Shown one piece after another: positions 30,885 to 40,893 of a stretch of 64,000 bases of DNA. The DNA comes from Cyanobacteria bacterium J06626_4 (lineage in GTDB: Bacteria; Cyanobacteriota; Cyanobacteriia; Phormidesmidales; Phormidesmidaceae). The position numbers and the translations under genes are program-made. The notes beneath the pieces were generated by a model, which was given only the letters and a program-made list of their open reading frames with translations, had not been told where the DNA came from and made no database searches. The stretch spans positions 1 through 64,000 of the forward strand of contig JBCBJQ010000011.1 in the NCBI GenBank assembly GCA_038523235.1, read 5' to 3'. Position 1 is the first letter of the stretch; each line of letters starts with the position of its first letter.

Positions 30885-31101
30885 TCGCGTCACTTTCTAA
30901 TTAATATTCTCGATGGATCGCTATACAACGCAGAGGCATCCGGTTTTGACCTCTTGGCCCTAAGTTGAGGTGAGACTGGATTCAACATTCTCCAAAGATA
31001 GCGGTGGGGCATCCGCGCGTGAAATGCCTCCACGAAGCGGTATTTTGAGGGCAAGACATTGCTGAGCACAACCGTTTTTCCGGCAAGTCAAAGGGGGAGG
31101 T

Positions 31102-32394
31102 ATGGACGTCGTGATTTTGGCTAATGGCCCCGGAGAAATCACTACCTGGGTGAAGCCGGTGGTCATGGCGCTGCGGGCCCAGGTGCCGTCACGTGCAGCT
31201 TTACGGATTTCGGTCGTGCTCTCGCCCTGTCCCAATGCCACGGGGCGAGAGGGCGAGATCGCTCGCCAATATTCTGAGGTCGATCGCGTGCAGGCATCGT
31301 CGGCTTTTTGGCCCTTTTTGCTGTGGGGTAAAACGGCTGACAATTGGGACTGGCGAGATCGCGGCGTCGTTTTGTTCCTTGGCGGCGATCAGATTTATCC
31401 GGTGATTGTGGGCAAGCGACTGGGCTACAAAACCGTCATTTATGCCGAATGGTTTACCAACTGGCGGCGGTGGATTGACGCTTTTGGTGTGATGAATGCC
31501 GATCTGGTCGAGCAGGCTCCGGCGGCCTGGCGGCACAAATTTACCGTGGTTGGCGATCTGATGACGGATGGACAGTCGGCGATCGCGGGTCAAGAAAACG
31601 TCGCCGAGCAGCTTCACCTCACCCCCACCACCGAACTCATCGGGGTGCTGCCAGGGTCAAAGCGAGCCAAACTCACCCAAGGGATGCCGCTATTGCTGTC
31701 CGTCGCCGACTATGTTCGCCAGCGACGCCCCCAGACACAGTTTGTATTGCCCGTAGCCCCTACCGTTGATGTCGCGACCCTGACGCGCTACACCGACCCG
31801 CAACAAAATCCCTTTTGCAGCGTGTTTGATGCGCCTGCAACTCAGCTAATGCCAAGCTCTGATCCCCATGGCTTGCCCCGACTGGAAACCGCGCAAGGCA
31901 CACAGATTTTGCTCTGGAAACCGTTTCCGGCGACGGCCGTGACGGGTCAATGTCAGCTCTGTCTCACCACAGTGGGCGCTAACACAGCGGAGTTGGGGGG
32001 CTTGGGCATCCCCATGTTGGTGCTCTTGCCGACTCAGCAGCTCGAAGCGATGAACGCCTGGGATGGCATTTTAGGCTTGCTGGTGGCGCTGCCGCTGATT
32101 GGCAAGCCATTGAATATTTTGATCAATCGCCTCTTTTTGGCCTACATTCACCGCCGCAACAAGCTATTTGCCTGGCCCAACATCTGGGCCGGACGCGAGA
32201 TTGTGCCGGAGTTACTGGGTCACCTTGACGCCAAAACGGTGGGCGATCGCGTGCTCGATTATCTGGAACATCCCGAGCAACTCCAACAGATGCGCCACGA
32301 TTTGCACCAGGCTCGCGGTGAACCCGGTGCCGCCCAAAAGCTGAGTGAACTGGTGTTACAGTTTCTGCCTTCGGCACCCCATCCCCGAGCTTGA
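31102..32394 (+). CDS. lpxB: Lipid-A-disaccharide synthase-like glycosyltransferase
   Basis: ANGPGE, LLPGSK-like motif, GANTAELG, WPNIWAG and IVPEL. Confidence 0.7.
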   Translation: MDVVILANGPGEITTWVKPVVMALRAQVPSRAALRISVVLSPCPNATGREGEIARQYSEVDRVQASSAFWPFLLWGKTADNWDWRDRGVVLFLGGDQIYPVIVGKRLGYKTVIYAEWFTNWRRWIDAFGVMNADLVEQAPAAWRHKFTVVGDLMTDGQSAIAGQENVAEQLHLTPTTELIGVLPGSKRAKLTQGMPLLLSVADYVRQRRPQTQFVLPVAPTVDVATLTRYTDPQQNPFCSVFDAPATQLMPSSDPHGLPRLETAQGTQILLWKPFPATAVTGQCQLCLTTVGANTAELGGLGIPMLVLLPTQQLEAMNAWDGILGLLVALPLIGKPLNILINRLFLAYIHRRNKLFAWPNIWAGREIVPELLGHLDAKTVGDRVLDYLEHPEQLQQMRHDLHQARGEPGAAQKLSELVLQFLPSAPHPRA

Positions 32395-32520
32395 CTTACC
32401 TGATTCACCATTAGGTGAGGCGTTTCCGACTAGAAGTCGGGAGCGTTCATCCCAGACAACGGTGCAGCCTTGAAAAGGCAAAGTTGTTACATCAGTACCC
32501 AGCCATAAGAGGTTTCCCGC

Positions 32521-33555
32521 CTAAAAGAACCAGCCATAGCTGTGCAGACCTTTGCCCAGGATGTTGACGCCGAGATAGCACACCCAAACCACCATAAACC
32601 CGGAGGCGGCTAAAATCGCCGGACGCCGGCCCTGCCAGCCCTTGGTAATGCGGGCATGCAGGTAGGCGGCAAACACCAGCCAGGTAATCAGCGCCCAGGT
32701 TTCCTTCGGATCCCAGCTCCAGTAGGAGCCCCAAGCTTCGTTAGCCCAAACGGCTCCGGAAATAATACCAATAGTCAGCAGGGGAAAGCCCAAACCGATA
32801 ATGCGGTAGCTGATGTTGTCGAGGGTGTCGGCCAGCGTCAGGCGCTGGGGTGTTAGCTTTGCGGCTGCAGGAGTCGCGACGGTCGTTTTTTCGAGCACAG
32901 CAGCCCCGCCCCCGGAACTGTTAATCACTGCCGTTGCCGGGGTAGCCACTGCTGTGGCCATCGGTGCTTCGCTAGCGCTGACGCCGTGACGCCGCAGCTT
33001 AGTCTCGCGAAAGCCACCGGTACCCACCGAACTGCCCCGCAGCTCGATCGCCTGGCCCCGCGTCACGATCAAAAAGGCGATCGCCATCAGGGCGCCCACC
33101 ATCAAAGCGGCGTAGCTGAGCAGCATGACGCTGACGTGCATCATCAGCCAGTTCGATTTCAACGCAGGCACGAGGGGTTCAGAAACTTGCATCGTGTCCG
33201 GCAGCGACAGGGCCGCAAAGGCGGTGATGCCCATGGCGATGGGGGCGGTCACGGCACCCACTAGGGCACTGCGGCTCATGCGCTCCGCCACCAGATGCAC
33301 GGCGGTAATGCCCCACACCACAAAAAACAGCGATTCGTACAGATTGCTCAGGGGAAAATAGCCGCCTTCAATCCACCGGGCGAGCAGCAAGGCCGCGATC
33401 GCCAGATTGCCCAGGGCCATGCCCATGGTGCCAAAGGCTGACAACACTTGAGCCTTCGGGAAAGCGACCCCAGCCCAGTACAGCAGCATCGTTGAAAAGA
33501 GGATGGCAAAGGCGGCGTTGTCCAACCATCCCTGAAGCGTTACAAGATCCATCAC
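32521..33555 (-). CDS. ccsB: c-type cytochrome biogenesis protein (System II; CcsA/CcsB, ycf5)
   Basis: [20 protein letters not shown] and the WWD motif [18 protein letters not shown]. Confidence 0.95.
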   Translation of the reverse strand: MMDLVTLQGWLDNAAFAILFSTMLLYWAGVAFPKAQVLSAFGTMGMALGNLAIAALLLARWIEGGYFPLSNLYESLFFVVWGITAVHLVAERMSRSALVGAVTAPIAMGITAFAALSLPDTMQVSEPLVPALKSNWLMMHVSVMLLSYAALMVGALMAIAFLIVTRGQAIELRGSSVGTGGFRETKLRRHGVSASEAPMATAVATPATAVINSSGGGAAVLEKTTVATPAAAKLTPQRLTLADTLDNISYRIIGLGFPLLTIGIISGAVWANEAWGSYWSWDPKETWALITWLVFAAYLHARITKGWQGRRPAILAASGFMVVWVCYLGVNILGKGLHSYGWFF

Positions 33556-34026
33556 GCTAGCGCTAAATTATCGTCTGCTCTCTATCCTACCGAGATATCT
33601 AACGGCAAACCAAAAAGTACAGTTAAGCCTTTTCTATCGTTTTGAGTGATGGGGCGGACTCGCGCGCACCGAAGCACGGCAATCCTCTCAAACATTGGGG
33701 CGACCAACTCATTGGGGACTAATTATTAGTCGGTAGTCTGCAATAGCTTCATCCAAGTGGGAGTGATGCATCAAAGGCTGATGGGGCGAGGATTACAGCT
33801 TTATCTAGCGGCATCGGCCAGCATCGTTTATCGATCGCCCCTGACCGATAATGTCTGAAAGCATTCGCTGGGGTCGAGCCTGATCGGTACTCTAAATCTT
33901 TGCAGGATTGAGCGAGCCTCACACAGAGTTCGGCTAAAGTTTGCAAAATCAGGGGTTTTGCATTTTTTAAGTGAATCTGTCGCGGTCAAGGGGTTAATTC
34001 ATCGGCTCATGGGGCAATATGAAACT

Positions 34027-34164
34027 GTCGAAAGACATCTAAGGCTGAGCTCAACTAAACCGAATGCTCTATACCTAGACCCCTAACTTCCCATTTCCCC
34101 CTTAAGTGGAAAACTCTATACCTAAAGCCCCCCCGGTGCCTTGTGTGTCGGGGGTTATTATTTT
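34027..34164 (+). ncRNA. Candidate ~135-nt sRNA, possibly PsrR1-like
   Basis: Intergenic region with no convincing ORF; CAATAT -10 candidate at about 34015, twice-repeated CTCTATACCTA, TTCC...GGAA hairpin, GC stem followed by a T-rich tail. Confidence 0.4.
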
Positions 34165-34303
34165 GCAAGCGTTTGATTTCAGCCGGACTCTGACCGGGGT
34201 CGCCGGTCAACGCTCACTGGGCAAAGTGGCGAGTTTTGTTTGTCCGGAGGATAGAGTTTGAGCGCAGCGCTCGCATCGCCGCCTGGTCGGCATTTGAGTC
34301 TGG

Positions 34304-35437
34304 CTAGAAATCAACGCCGCGTTTGAGGTCAACACCCTTTTCGGCATAGTGCTTGTGGTTAAACACTTCAGAATGGGTGCTGGCGAGTTCGAAGTAGGCG
34401 GGCGGGTTTTTGCAGCGGCCCGTGATAATCACTTCGGTATCGCGAGGTTTGCGGAGCAGGGCCTGCACGATGGGCTCTGCGGGCAGCAGTTCGAGATCAA
34501 CGGTGGGATTCAACTCGTCTAAAATCACGGTTTTATAGAGGCCGGAGGCGATCGCTGTACCGGCCAGTTCCCACCCGCGCTCGGCCTCGACATAGTCAAT
34601 CTCTTGCTGTTGGCCGCGCCAGACGATGGCGTCTCGACCGCAGCGTTGATGATCAACCAGATGGGGATAGCTCTTACGCAGGGCGGAGATGGCCGCATCT
34701 TCGGTGTAGCCTTGACCGCCTTTGAGCCACTGCATCACCAACACTCGATGCGACTGGTCTTGGCTGATGCCTCGCCCGATCGCCTGCAGGGCTTTGCCCA
34801 GGGCGCTGGTCGATTTCCCTTTGCCATCACCGGTATAAATCTCGACGCCTTCGATGCCGGGCAGATCCATATTGCGGTGATGCTGCGGTTTCATCTCAGA
34901 ATGCAGGTTGGCCACGTCAATCAGCGGTTTGGGGGCGGCGCGGCCCGTGGCGATGACTTCCAAATGCTCGGGCTTGTGCTTGAGCGATTTCACCACATCA
35001 TCGACCGACAGCAGGCCCAGATCCAGCACCGGGTTGATCTCATCCAGCACCACGACGGAATAGAGGCCCGAGGCGATCGCGCCTTTGGCGACATCCCACC
35101 CGCGCTGCGCCTCTAAGCGATCAAATTTAGTGATGTCTTCCGGGCCAAAAAACTCAGCTCGCCCCGTGCGCACCTGGTCAATCAGGTGGGGAAAGCCGCG
35201 CTGTAGCGCTTCGATCGCCGCATCTTCGTCATAGGTGCGGCCGGGCCCTTTGAGAAACCGCAGCAGCAACACGCGGCTTTCCATAAAGTTTTGAATGCCA
35301 AGGCCAATAGACCGGAGCACCACGCCTAAGGCGACCTGCGACTTGCCTTTGCCCTCACCGTCATACACGTGAATTTGACCGGAAAGTCGTTCATTATTGA
35401 GTTGTGCCGTGCGAATGCCGATCCCAGTTCTGACCAT
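34304..35437 (-). CDS. cobO: Cob(I)yrinic acid a,c-diamide adenosyltransferase (duplicated CobA/BtuR domain)
   Basis: Two GxGKGKS P-loops, two LDE motifs, two TGR motifs and C-terminal GVDF. Confidence 0.9.
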   Translation of the reverse strand: MVRTGIGIRTAQLNNERLSGQIHVYDGEGKGKSQVALGVVLRSIGLGIQNFMESRVLLLRFLKGPGRTYDEDAAIEALQRGFPHLIDQVRTGRAEFFGPEDITKFDRLEAQRGWDVAKGAIASGLYSVVVLDEINPVLDLGLLSVDDVVKSLKHKPEHLEVIATGRAAPKPLIDVANLHSEMKPQHHRNMDLPGIEGVEIYTGDGKGKSTSALGKALQAIGRGISQDQSHRVLVMQWLKGGQGYTEDAAISALRKSYPHLVDHQRCGRDAIVWRGQQQEIDYVEAERGWELAGTAIASGLYKTVILDELNPTVDLELLPAEPIVQALLRKPRDTEVIITGRCKNPPAYFELASTHSEVFNHKHYAEKGVDLKRGVDF

Positions 35438-35613
35438 TATGATGTTGCTATCAGCGTTAAGTTTTTAGCCGCTACAGCCTAAAATTCTACCGAACCCTGA
35501 GAGAAGGGGATACCCTGTTGCCTAGCACATTCAGCCTAGCGGCTGGCCGCAACGGCGGGTTGCCCCACTTTGCTTCTACCGTACTCTCTTAGTGATGCTT
35601 CTGCGCTGACCCC

Positions 35614-36177
35614 ATGCCCGTGTTTACCCTGTTTGACCAGACCGCTGTGCTGCCCCTAAAAGGCATCATTTTTCAGACGGTGCTGTTGCTGGTGGCGATC
35701 GTGTTAGAAGCCATTGTGTTACGGCAGCGCCTCCGGTTGGGGTTTCAGCCTAGCATTCGCTATGCGGCCACCATTAATTTATTAACGGTAGTTTTAGGGT
35801 GGATCGTGTTTTTGCAGGTCGAAAAGTTACTTCCCATCCCCGTGAGAACTCAGATTATCAGCTATGTGATGTTTGGCAACTTCTATGCCAATCCTTTATC
35901 CGGCAATCTGAACGTGGCGGTTGTGATCGCGGGTTTGGTTACTTTCTTTTTGACGTTTTGGGTCAAAGTCGTCGCGCTGGAGTGGCTGACATGGTCTGTT
36001 GGCACCCCAATCGTGCAGCGGGATGCCACGAGTAATGTGAGTCGGTTTCGGTATCGGCGATCGCCCACTCAAACGACCTCGCCCCACGTACTGGCAGTTT
36101 TGCAGGCCAACGCGCTGAGTTTTTCAGCCGTGTTGGTGCTCTTGCTGTTGCGCTATGGGTTGAGTCAACGCCTATGA
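35614..36177 (+). CDS. fraC: Filament integrity / septal junction protein FraC
   Basis: PLKGIIFQTVLLLVAIVLEA, YAATINL and AVLQANALSF; first gene of the fraCDE synteny. Confidence 0.8.
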   Translation: MPVFTLFDQTAVLPLKGIIFQTVLLLVAIVLEAIVLRQRLRLGFQPSIRYAATINLLTVVLGWIVFLQVEKLLPIPVRTQIISYVMFGNFYANPLSGNLNVAVVIAGLVTFFLTFWVKVVALEWLTWSVGTPIVQRDATSNVSRFRYRRSPTQTTSPHVLAVLQANALSFSAVLVLLLLRYGLSQRL

Positions 36178-37172
36178 TCAGGCTGCTGCAAATCCTCTGG
36201 GGCTGGATCTCAAACATTGTCTTTCCCAAAGACTATTACGCGTGGCAAACCCTGATTTATTTGGGCTTTTTCTCCTTCGCAATGTCTTGGGTCGCCCGTT
36301 TGGCAGTCGGTGAGAGCATTACCGTCAACGTTATTGCCACTGCGGGCTGGATATTTTTTGCCCTCGGCATTGGCTGGCTGCTAGAAGATGCCAAGGTGCG
36401 ATTATTTGGTTTGCCGGTAGCCCCGTGGGTCATGGGGGCGATTGTCTGTACCTACTTCTTTGGCCTCGTGCCCTGGCTCGATTGGGATAACGGTTTCGTG
36501 GCTTGGCCGCTCGTCTCGGTGGCGATTGTCGCGATTCCGCAATTTCTTACCTGGGAGCTGCGCCCGAAACTTCCTGCCCCCATGATGCGTCAGCAGCTGA
36601 TTTTGCTTTTGCTCATTGCCCTGCTGTTGAGCAATTGGTTTCAATTTTACTTTCGCTTACAAAGCTGGTTAGACGATTATCCAAGCCTACTGGCGGATGA
36701 CTTTAGCCGCAGTGGCTTTGTGGTGAAACTGCCCGATCAAGGGGAAGACCAAGCCCGCGGCATTGTGCTACTCACTCGCACCGAAATTGAAATCAAAGCG
36801 GATCTGGAAAGCACCCCTTGGCCCCACGTCGAGCGCTGGCTGCTGAATATGAATGAACACCTGGCGAGTATCGAAGACACCATCATGGTGAGTCTCGAAT
36901 CTTCTAAAGAAGGCAATTTGTGGCAACTGGCGGGATTCCGGCGCGGGGCCGACAATAACGGCTATACGCTAGATTTGATGGCCATCTGGTCAGGCCCCTC
37001 AGCAAATAGAGAGGGCTATTATTTGGAAAAGATCTGCACCGTGCAGCCGCGATCGCCAGGTGCCAGCACCCGCGAAGCAGAGATCGACAGCCCACCGACA
37101 CCGTTGGCAGTGGTGGAGTGTAACCTCGAGATTGTCAAACATCCGGGCCAGCCGACCGTGGTGGAGAGCTGA
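36174..37172 (+). CDS. fraD: Septal junction protein FraD (DUF5357)
   Basis: WQTLIYL, five TM segments, WFQFYFRLQSWLDDYPSLLADDFS, WSGPS and a C-terminal Cys pair. Confidence 0.8.
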   Translation: MIRLLQILWGWISNIVFPKDYYAWQTLIYLGFFSFAMSWVARLAVGESITVNVIATAGWIFFALGIGWLLEDAKVRLFGLPVAPWVMGAIVCTYFFGLVPWLDWDNGFVAWPLVSVAIVAIPQFLTWELRPKLPAPMMRQQLILLLLIALLLSNWFQFYFRLQSWLDDYPSLLADDFSRSGFVVKLPDQGEDQARGIVLLTRTEIEIKADLESTPWPHVERWLLNMNEHLASIEDTIMVSLESSKEGNLWQLAGFRRGADNNGYTLDLMAIWSGPSANREGYYLEKICTVQPRSPGASTREAEIDSPPTPLAVVECNLEIVKHPGQPTVVES

Positions 37173-37245
37173 CCTCGCCCGTGACGGGGCCAGCGCCGCG
37201 GCCCAGACGTCGTATTATCAGGTCTTAAGCAAGTTTGTGGCAATC

Positions 37246-38025
37246 ATGAGTCTGTCGCGTATTTGGGTCATTGCGACGAATGTCTATAAAGAAGTCATCC
37301 GCGATCGGGTGCTTTATCTCGTCGCGGTATATGCCGTGTTGTTGTTCGGGGCGGCGGCGCTGCTACCGGATGTCGCGGGCGGTGCCCAGGACAAAATCAC
37401 CCTTGACTTGGGGCTTGCCGGCATTCATCTTTTGGGGTTAGTTGTCACCGTGTTTGTCGGCACGGGGCTCATCAATAAAGAAATTGAGAAACGCACGGTT
37501 TTAGTGCTGATCTCGAAGCCCATTAGCCGTCTGGAATTTATTTTGGGTAAGCATCTGGGGTTATCGGCGGTGCTGGCGGTGCTGATAGCGCTCTTGACGG
37601 TGGTTTATCTGGCCGTGTTGGCGGTCAATCAAATTCCCTTTTCGGTCGTCAGCCTGTTGCTGGCAGTGCTATTCACCGGCTTAGAGATGGCCCTACTGAC
37701 CGCAGCGGCATTGCTGTTTGGCGTGTTTACCAGTTCTTTGTTGGCGACGCTGTTGACGATCGGCGTCTATTTGATGGGGCACCTGAGCCAAGACATGGTG
37801 GCCCTAGGTAAGTTGAGCGAAAGCACGACGTTTCAGAACGTCGCTAATGCCCTATATCTGATTCTGCCTGACTTAGAGCGGCTCAACTTACGCAATGAAG
37901 CAGTTTATGGCTTGGCGATTTTTCCTTCGGCGATAGAGCTGACGGGGCACTTTATCTATGGGGTACTGTACACGTGCCTGCTGCTCGCCGTGACGGTCGC
38001 TGTTTTGACCCGACGACAGTTTTAG
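37246..38025 (+). CDS. fraE: FraE / ABC-2 type permease
   Basis: EVIRDRVLY, KEIEKRTVLVLISKP, ILPDLERLN and RRQF. Confidence 0.8.
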   Translation: MSLSRIWVIATNVYKEVIRDRVLYLVAVYAVLLFGAAALLPDVAGGAQDKITLDLGLAGIHLLGLVVTVFVGTGLINKEIEKRTVLVLISKPISRLEFILGKHLGLSAVLAVLIALLTVVYLAVLAVNQIPFSVVSLLLAVLFTGLEMALLTAAALLFGVFTSSLLATLLTIGVYLMGHLSQDMVALGKLSESTTFQNVANALYLILPDLERLNLRNEAVYGLAIFPSAIELTGHFIYGVLYTCLLLAVTVAVLTRRQF

Positions 38026-38244
38026 GCGCTGCCTCAGTAGGACGGCTCCAATGTCTACAGCACAACGGTTGCAACCCTGAGCTGGGTGTGTGGTGCGGGT
38101 GCGGCAAGCTGATCCTCCGTTTGGCAGTCAACTAATGACACCCCCTAGAACCGCTGTCTGCGCGATCGCCCCATTTTTGAGAGCGTCGAGCGCCGCGCTA
38201 CCGGGTTCTGAGGGCGGTCAAGGAGTTGGGCAAACGGCAGACGA

Positions 38245-39099
38245 TTAGGCCGATAGACGGGTGAGCAACACCGGACAGGGCGTATAGACCCTGACATAGT
38301 CAGACAATGACTCGCCGAGCAAGCGATCCAGGTCTGGCAAACCTTTCGCGATCGAGGGACGGCGATCAGGGGACCCCAAAATAATCAGATCCACATTTTT
38401 GTCTTCAGCCAGCTGACAGATGCGGCGACCGGCTTTGCCCTCAGGGGCGGCTAGGGCCGTCTTGATGCCATATCGCTTGGCCTCAGCCGCCGCTTGGACG
38501 AGCACAGGGTCTTGCTTGGGGTCAGATTCGGTTTCGTCAAAGGGCCGCGACTTGAGGTTCGACACGCTGTGCACTAGCAACAACTCGCTATTGCTCACAT
38601 CTCGCAGCAGGCTGATGCCCAACTTCAGCCCTTCTTGAGCTGAGTCTGATTTATCCATCGCGATCATGACCCGCTTCACGGGACGAATGCTGTAAAGGTC
38701 ATCTTTGACCAACAACATTGGCCGAGAAGAGAGCTGAAACACGTACTGGCTAACAGAATTGTCAAGAATTGCCTTGAGCCCCTTTAAGCCGCGAGAGCCC
38801 ATGATGATCAGGTCGGCATCCGTTTCGTTGGCCACATTGACCACCACATCTTTGGGATCGCCTTCTCGGAGCATCGCCGTCACGTGAGTCGGATCCAACT
38901 TCAGGGTATTGATGGCTTCTGCTAAGGTACGGCCACCAAGTTCCCATTTAGCCGTCATATCTTCCGCAGAAACTTGCGAAGGCACCACGTGCAAAACGGT
39001 GATGTCGGCTCGCTGAATGAGGGGAATCTCCATCAAAACTTTCATCATGGCCTCGGTATTACCGGCGCCAGAATCTGCGAGAAGAATTTTTTCGATCAT
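38245..39099 (-). CDS. Universal stress protein (two USP domains)
   Basis: DLIIMGSRG...SVSQYV and a second domain DLIILGS...SDYVRVYTPCPVLL. Confidence 0.9.
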   Translation of the reverse strand: MIEKILLADSGAGNTEAMMKVLMEIPLIQRADITVLHVVPSQVSAEDMTAKWELGGRTLAEAINTLKLDPTHVTAMLREGDPKDVVVNVANETDADLIIMGSRGLKGLKAILDNSVSQYVFQLSSRPMLLVKDDLYSIRPVKRVMIAMDKSDSAQEGLKLGISLLRDVSNSELLLVHSVSNLKSRPFDETESDPKQDPVLVQAAAEAKRYGIKTALAAPEGKAGRRICQLAEDKNVDLIILGSPDRRPSIAKGLPDLDRLLGESLSDYVRVYTPCPVLLTRLSA

Positions 39100-39514
39100 G
39101 ATGACCTCGTAGGTATGCCGCTATTCGGTCGGCTCAGGTTGACAGGCGGACGCGTCGACTACAGCGTCAATTCACAGACAGCGGTTAACTGCCCGGCTCA
39201 GCCAGCCAGGAATTGAGAAGAACCGTAGGATTTTTGCCCATTGAGAACGGGCGCTACCCAGTCCTTTTTAGGAAAAGCCTTATATAACAAGGGTTTTGCG
39301 CTGTACGTTAATAATAAACAGCTAACTTCATACAGGTTTGAACGATTTCATAATTCGTAGCAACCGACACTTAAGGTGCGTCAGCTATTCACGCCCCTAA
39401 TCGTTGGGCAGGGAGGGGATTCCCGTTTCGAGAGGCTGCGCCAACGTTCGCTCGCTCGCCCCAACAACGCGATAAAGGCTGGTAAGGTAGGCGAGGTTTC
39501 TTGTTTGAAGTTGA

Positions 39515-39961
39515 ATGGCCCCATCCCCGATCGCCCCACCGGCTGCTTTTGCCTACCCAGTGCGTGTGCAGCCCCACCATACTGACTATGGTGGCGTCGT
39601 GTGGCACGGCACCTATATCACCTGGATGGAGTCAGCCCGAATTGAGTATTTGCGATCGCATGACATTGATTTTGCCAATTGGGTTGGCTGTGGTGTCGAT
39701 TTGCCCGTCGTGGATTTGTCATTGCAATATCATCAGCCGTTGCGCTTAGGCGACGAAGCCGTAGTGCTGGCTTGGCCGCAGCCGCGTCGTGGAATTCGAG
39801 TTGTCTGGCAGTACCAGATTCAAAACCAGGCCACTCAAGCCACTTGTGTGACTGGCGTCGTCACGTTGGTGCCCGTCAATACCCAGCAGCGCAAGATTTT
39901 GCGGCAACTCCCCGAACCGATTAAATCTGACTTTGACCGACTCTATGCCTCGGTGGTCTAG
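39515..39961 (+). CDS. Acyl-CoA thioesterase (4HBT/YbgC family)
   Basis: RVQPHHTDYGGVVWHGTYITWMESAR. Confidence 0.85.
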   Translation: MAPSPIAPPAAFAYPVRVQPHHTDYGGVVWHGTYITWMESARIEYLRSHDIDFANWVGCGVDLPVVDLSLQYHQPLRLGDEAVVLAWPQPRRGIRVVWQYQIQNQATQATCVTGVVTLVPVNTQQRKILRQLPEPIKSDFDRLYASVV

Positions 39962-39998
39962 TGGCCTGTCAGGCTGGATGTGGTCAGAGCGTCATCCC

Positions 39999-40310
39999 CT
40001 AAATGCTGCCTGCCTGCTCGACGACCAAAATGCGCGCGGCGCCGATGGGGTGGGCGACATGCTCAGTGCCCACAGTGGCAAAGGCAATATCGCCTGGCTG
40101 CAGCCGGACCACCTGCACGGTTTCGTCTTGCCGGTAATGCATATCAACCGTGCCATCCAGCACGACAAATACCTCTTCGCCATCGTTGATGTGCCACTGA
40201 TAGGGCTGATCAGTCCAGTGCAGGCGAGTGGTGATGCCATTCATATTGGCGATGTTGATCGCCCCCCAGGGGCGATCAGCTTTGAAGGCTTTGCTGTGGA
40301 TGATTTTCAC
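39999..40310 (-). CDS. Small cupin-domain protein
   Basis: WHINDGEEVFVVLDG...GTEHVAHP. Confidence 0.85.
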   Translation of the reverse strand: MKIIHSKAFKADRPWGAINIANMNGITTRLHWTDQPYQWHINDGEEVFVVLDGTVDMHYRQDETVQVVRLQPGDIAFATVGTEHVAHPIGAARILVVEQAGSI

Positions 40311-40328
40311 AAACGTGAGCGGGCTCGG

Positions 40329-40634
40329 TTAAAAAGGCAGATTGACCGATTCTAAAAGACTGATGAGACCTTTCGTCATTCTTTGCCCCAAGATGGCGGA
40401 CAAGAGGCCACAAACCAGGGGCACGGCGATCGCACCCACCTGTTGGCCGCGATTGAGGGCCGCCCAACTGCCATAGGTCATGTCTACCGAGAGGGAGGCG
40501 TAAACAAACACGACCAGACCACTAATCGCCACCCCAATTAAAAAGTTGCGCAGCAGGCTAACCGCCTTTGAGGTCGCTGGGTTAGCCCGATCAGCACTGT
40601 CTGAGGCTAAGGGGGAATCGGGTTCAAAAGACAT
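40329..40634 (-). CDS. Hypothetical two-TM membrane protein
   Basis: Two hydrophobic segments; start taken at MSFEP. Confidence 0.6.
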   Translation of the reverse strand: MSFEPDSPLASDSADRANPATSKAVSLLRNFLIGVAISGLVVFVYASLSVDMTYGSWAALNRGQQVGAIAVPLVCGLLSAILGQRMTKGLISLLESVNLPF

Positions 40635-40893
40635 CGGTAAACTCTCAAAGGCATTGATGTCAGCATAGGCGACGCGATGGCGATCGGCCTTCCTGCCACT
40701 GGGTTCACCAAGTTGGGTGAGGGTCAATGTCTCCAGGGAATGTCCTCGGCGCCGGCCAGGCAGGCAATGTCTCGGAGCCTCAGCGCAAACTATTTCAGTC
40801 AAACCCTGGCCAGAAAATGGAAAAAGCCGGTTTGAACATCCCCCCTGAGCGGCTTGTTAAGCTAAACCCAACAGTGCTCTTTCCTTCCTGATC

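Noticed and set aside
39100..39514. psbM, which is often found near this USP gene
   Set aside because: No PsbM-like reading frame was found by eye.
40871..40890. IsaR1-like start (ACAGTG followed by a pyrimidine tract)
   Set aside because: It runs straight into the P450 start codon with no terminator or Fur box, so it is probably just the 5' UTR.
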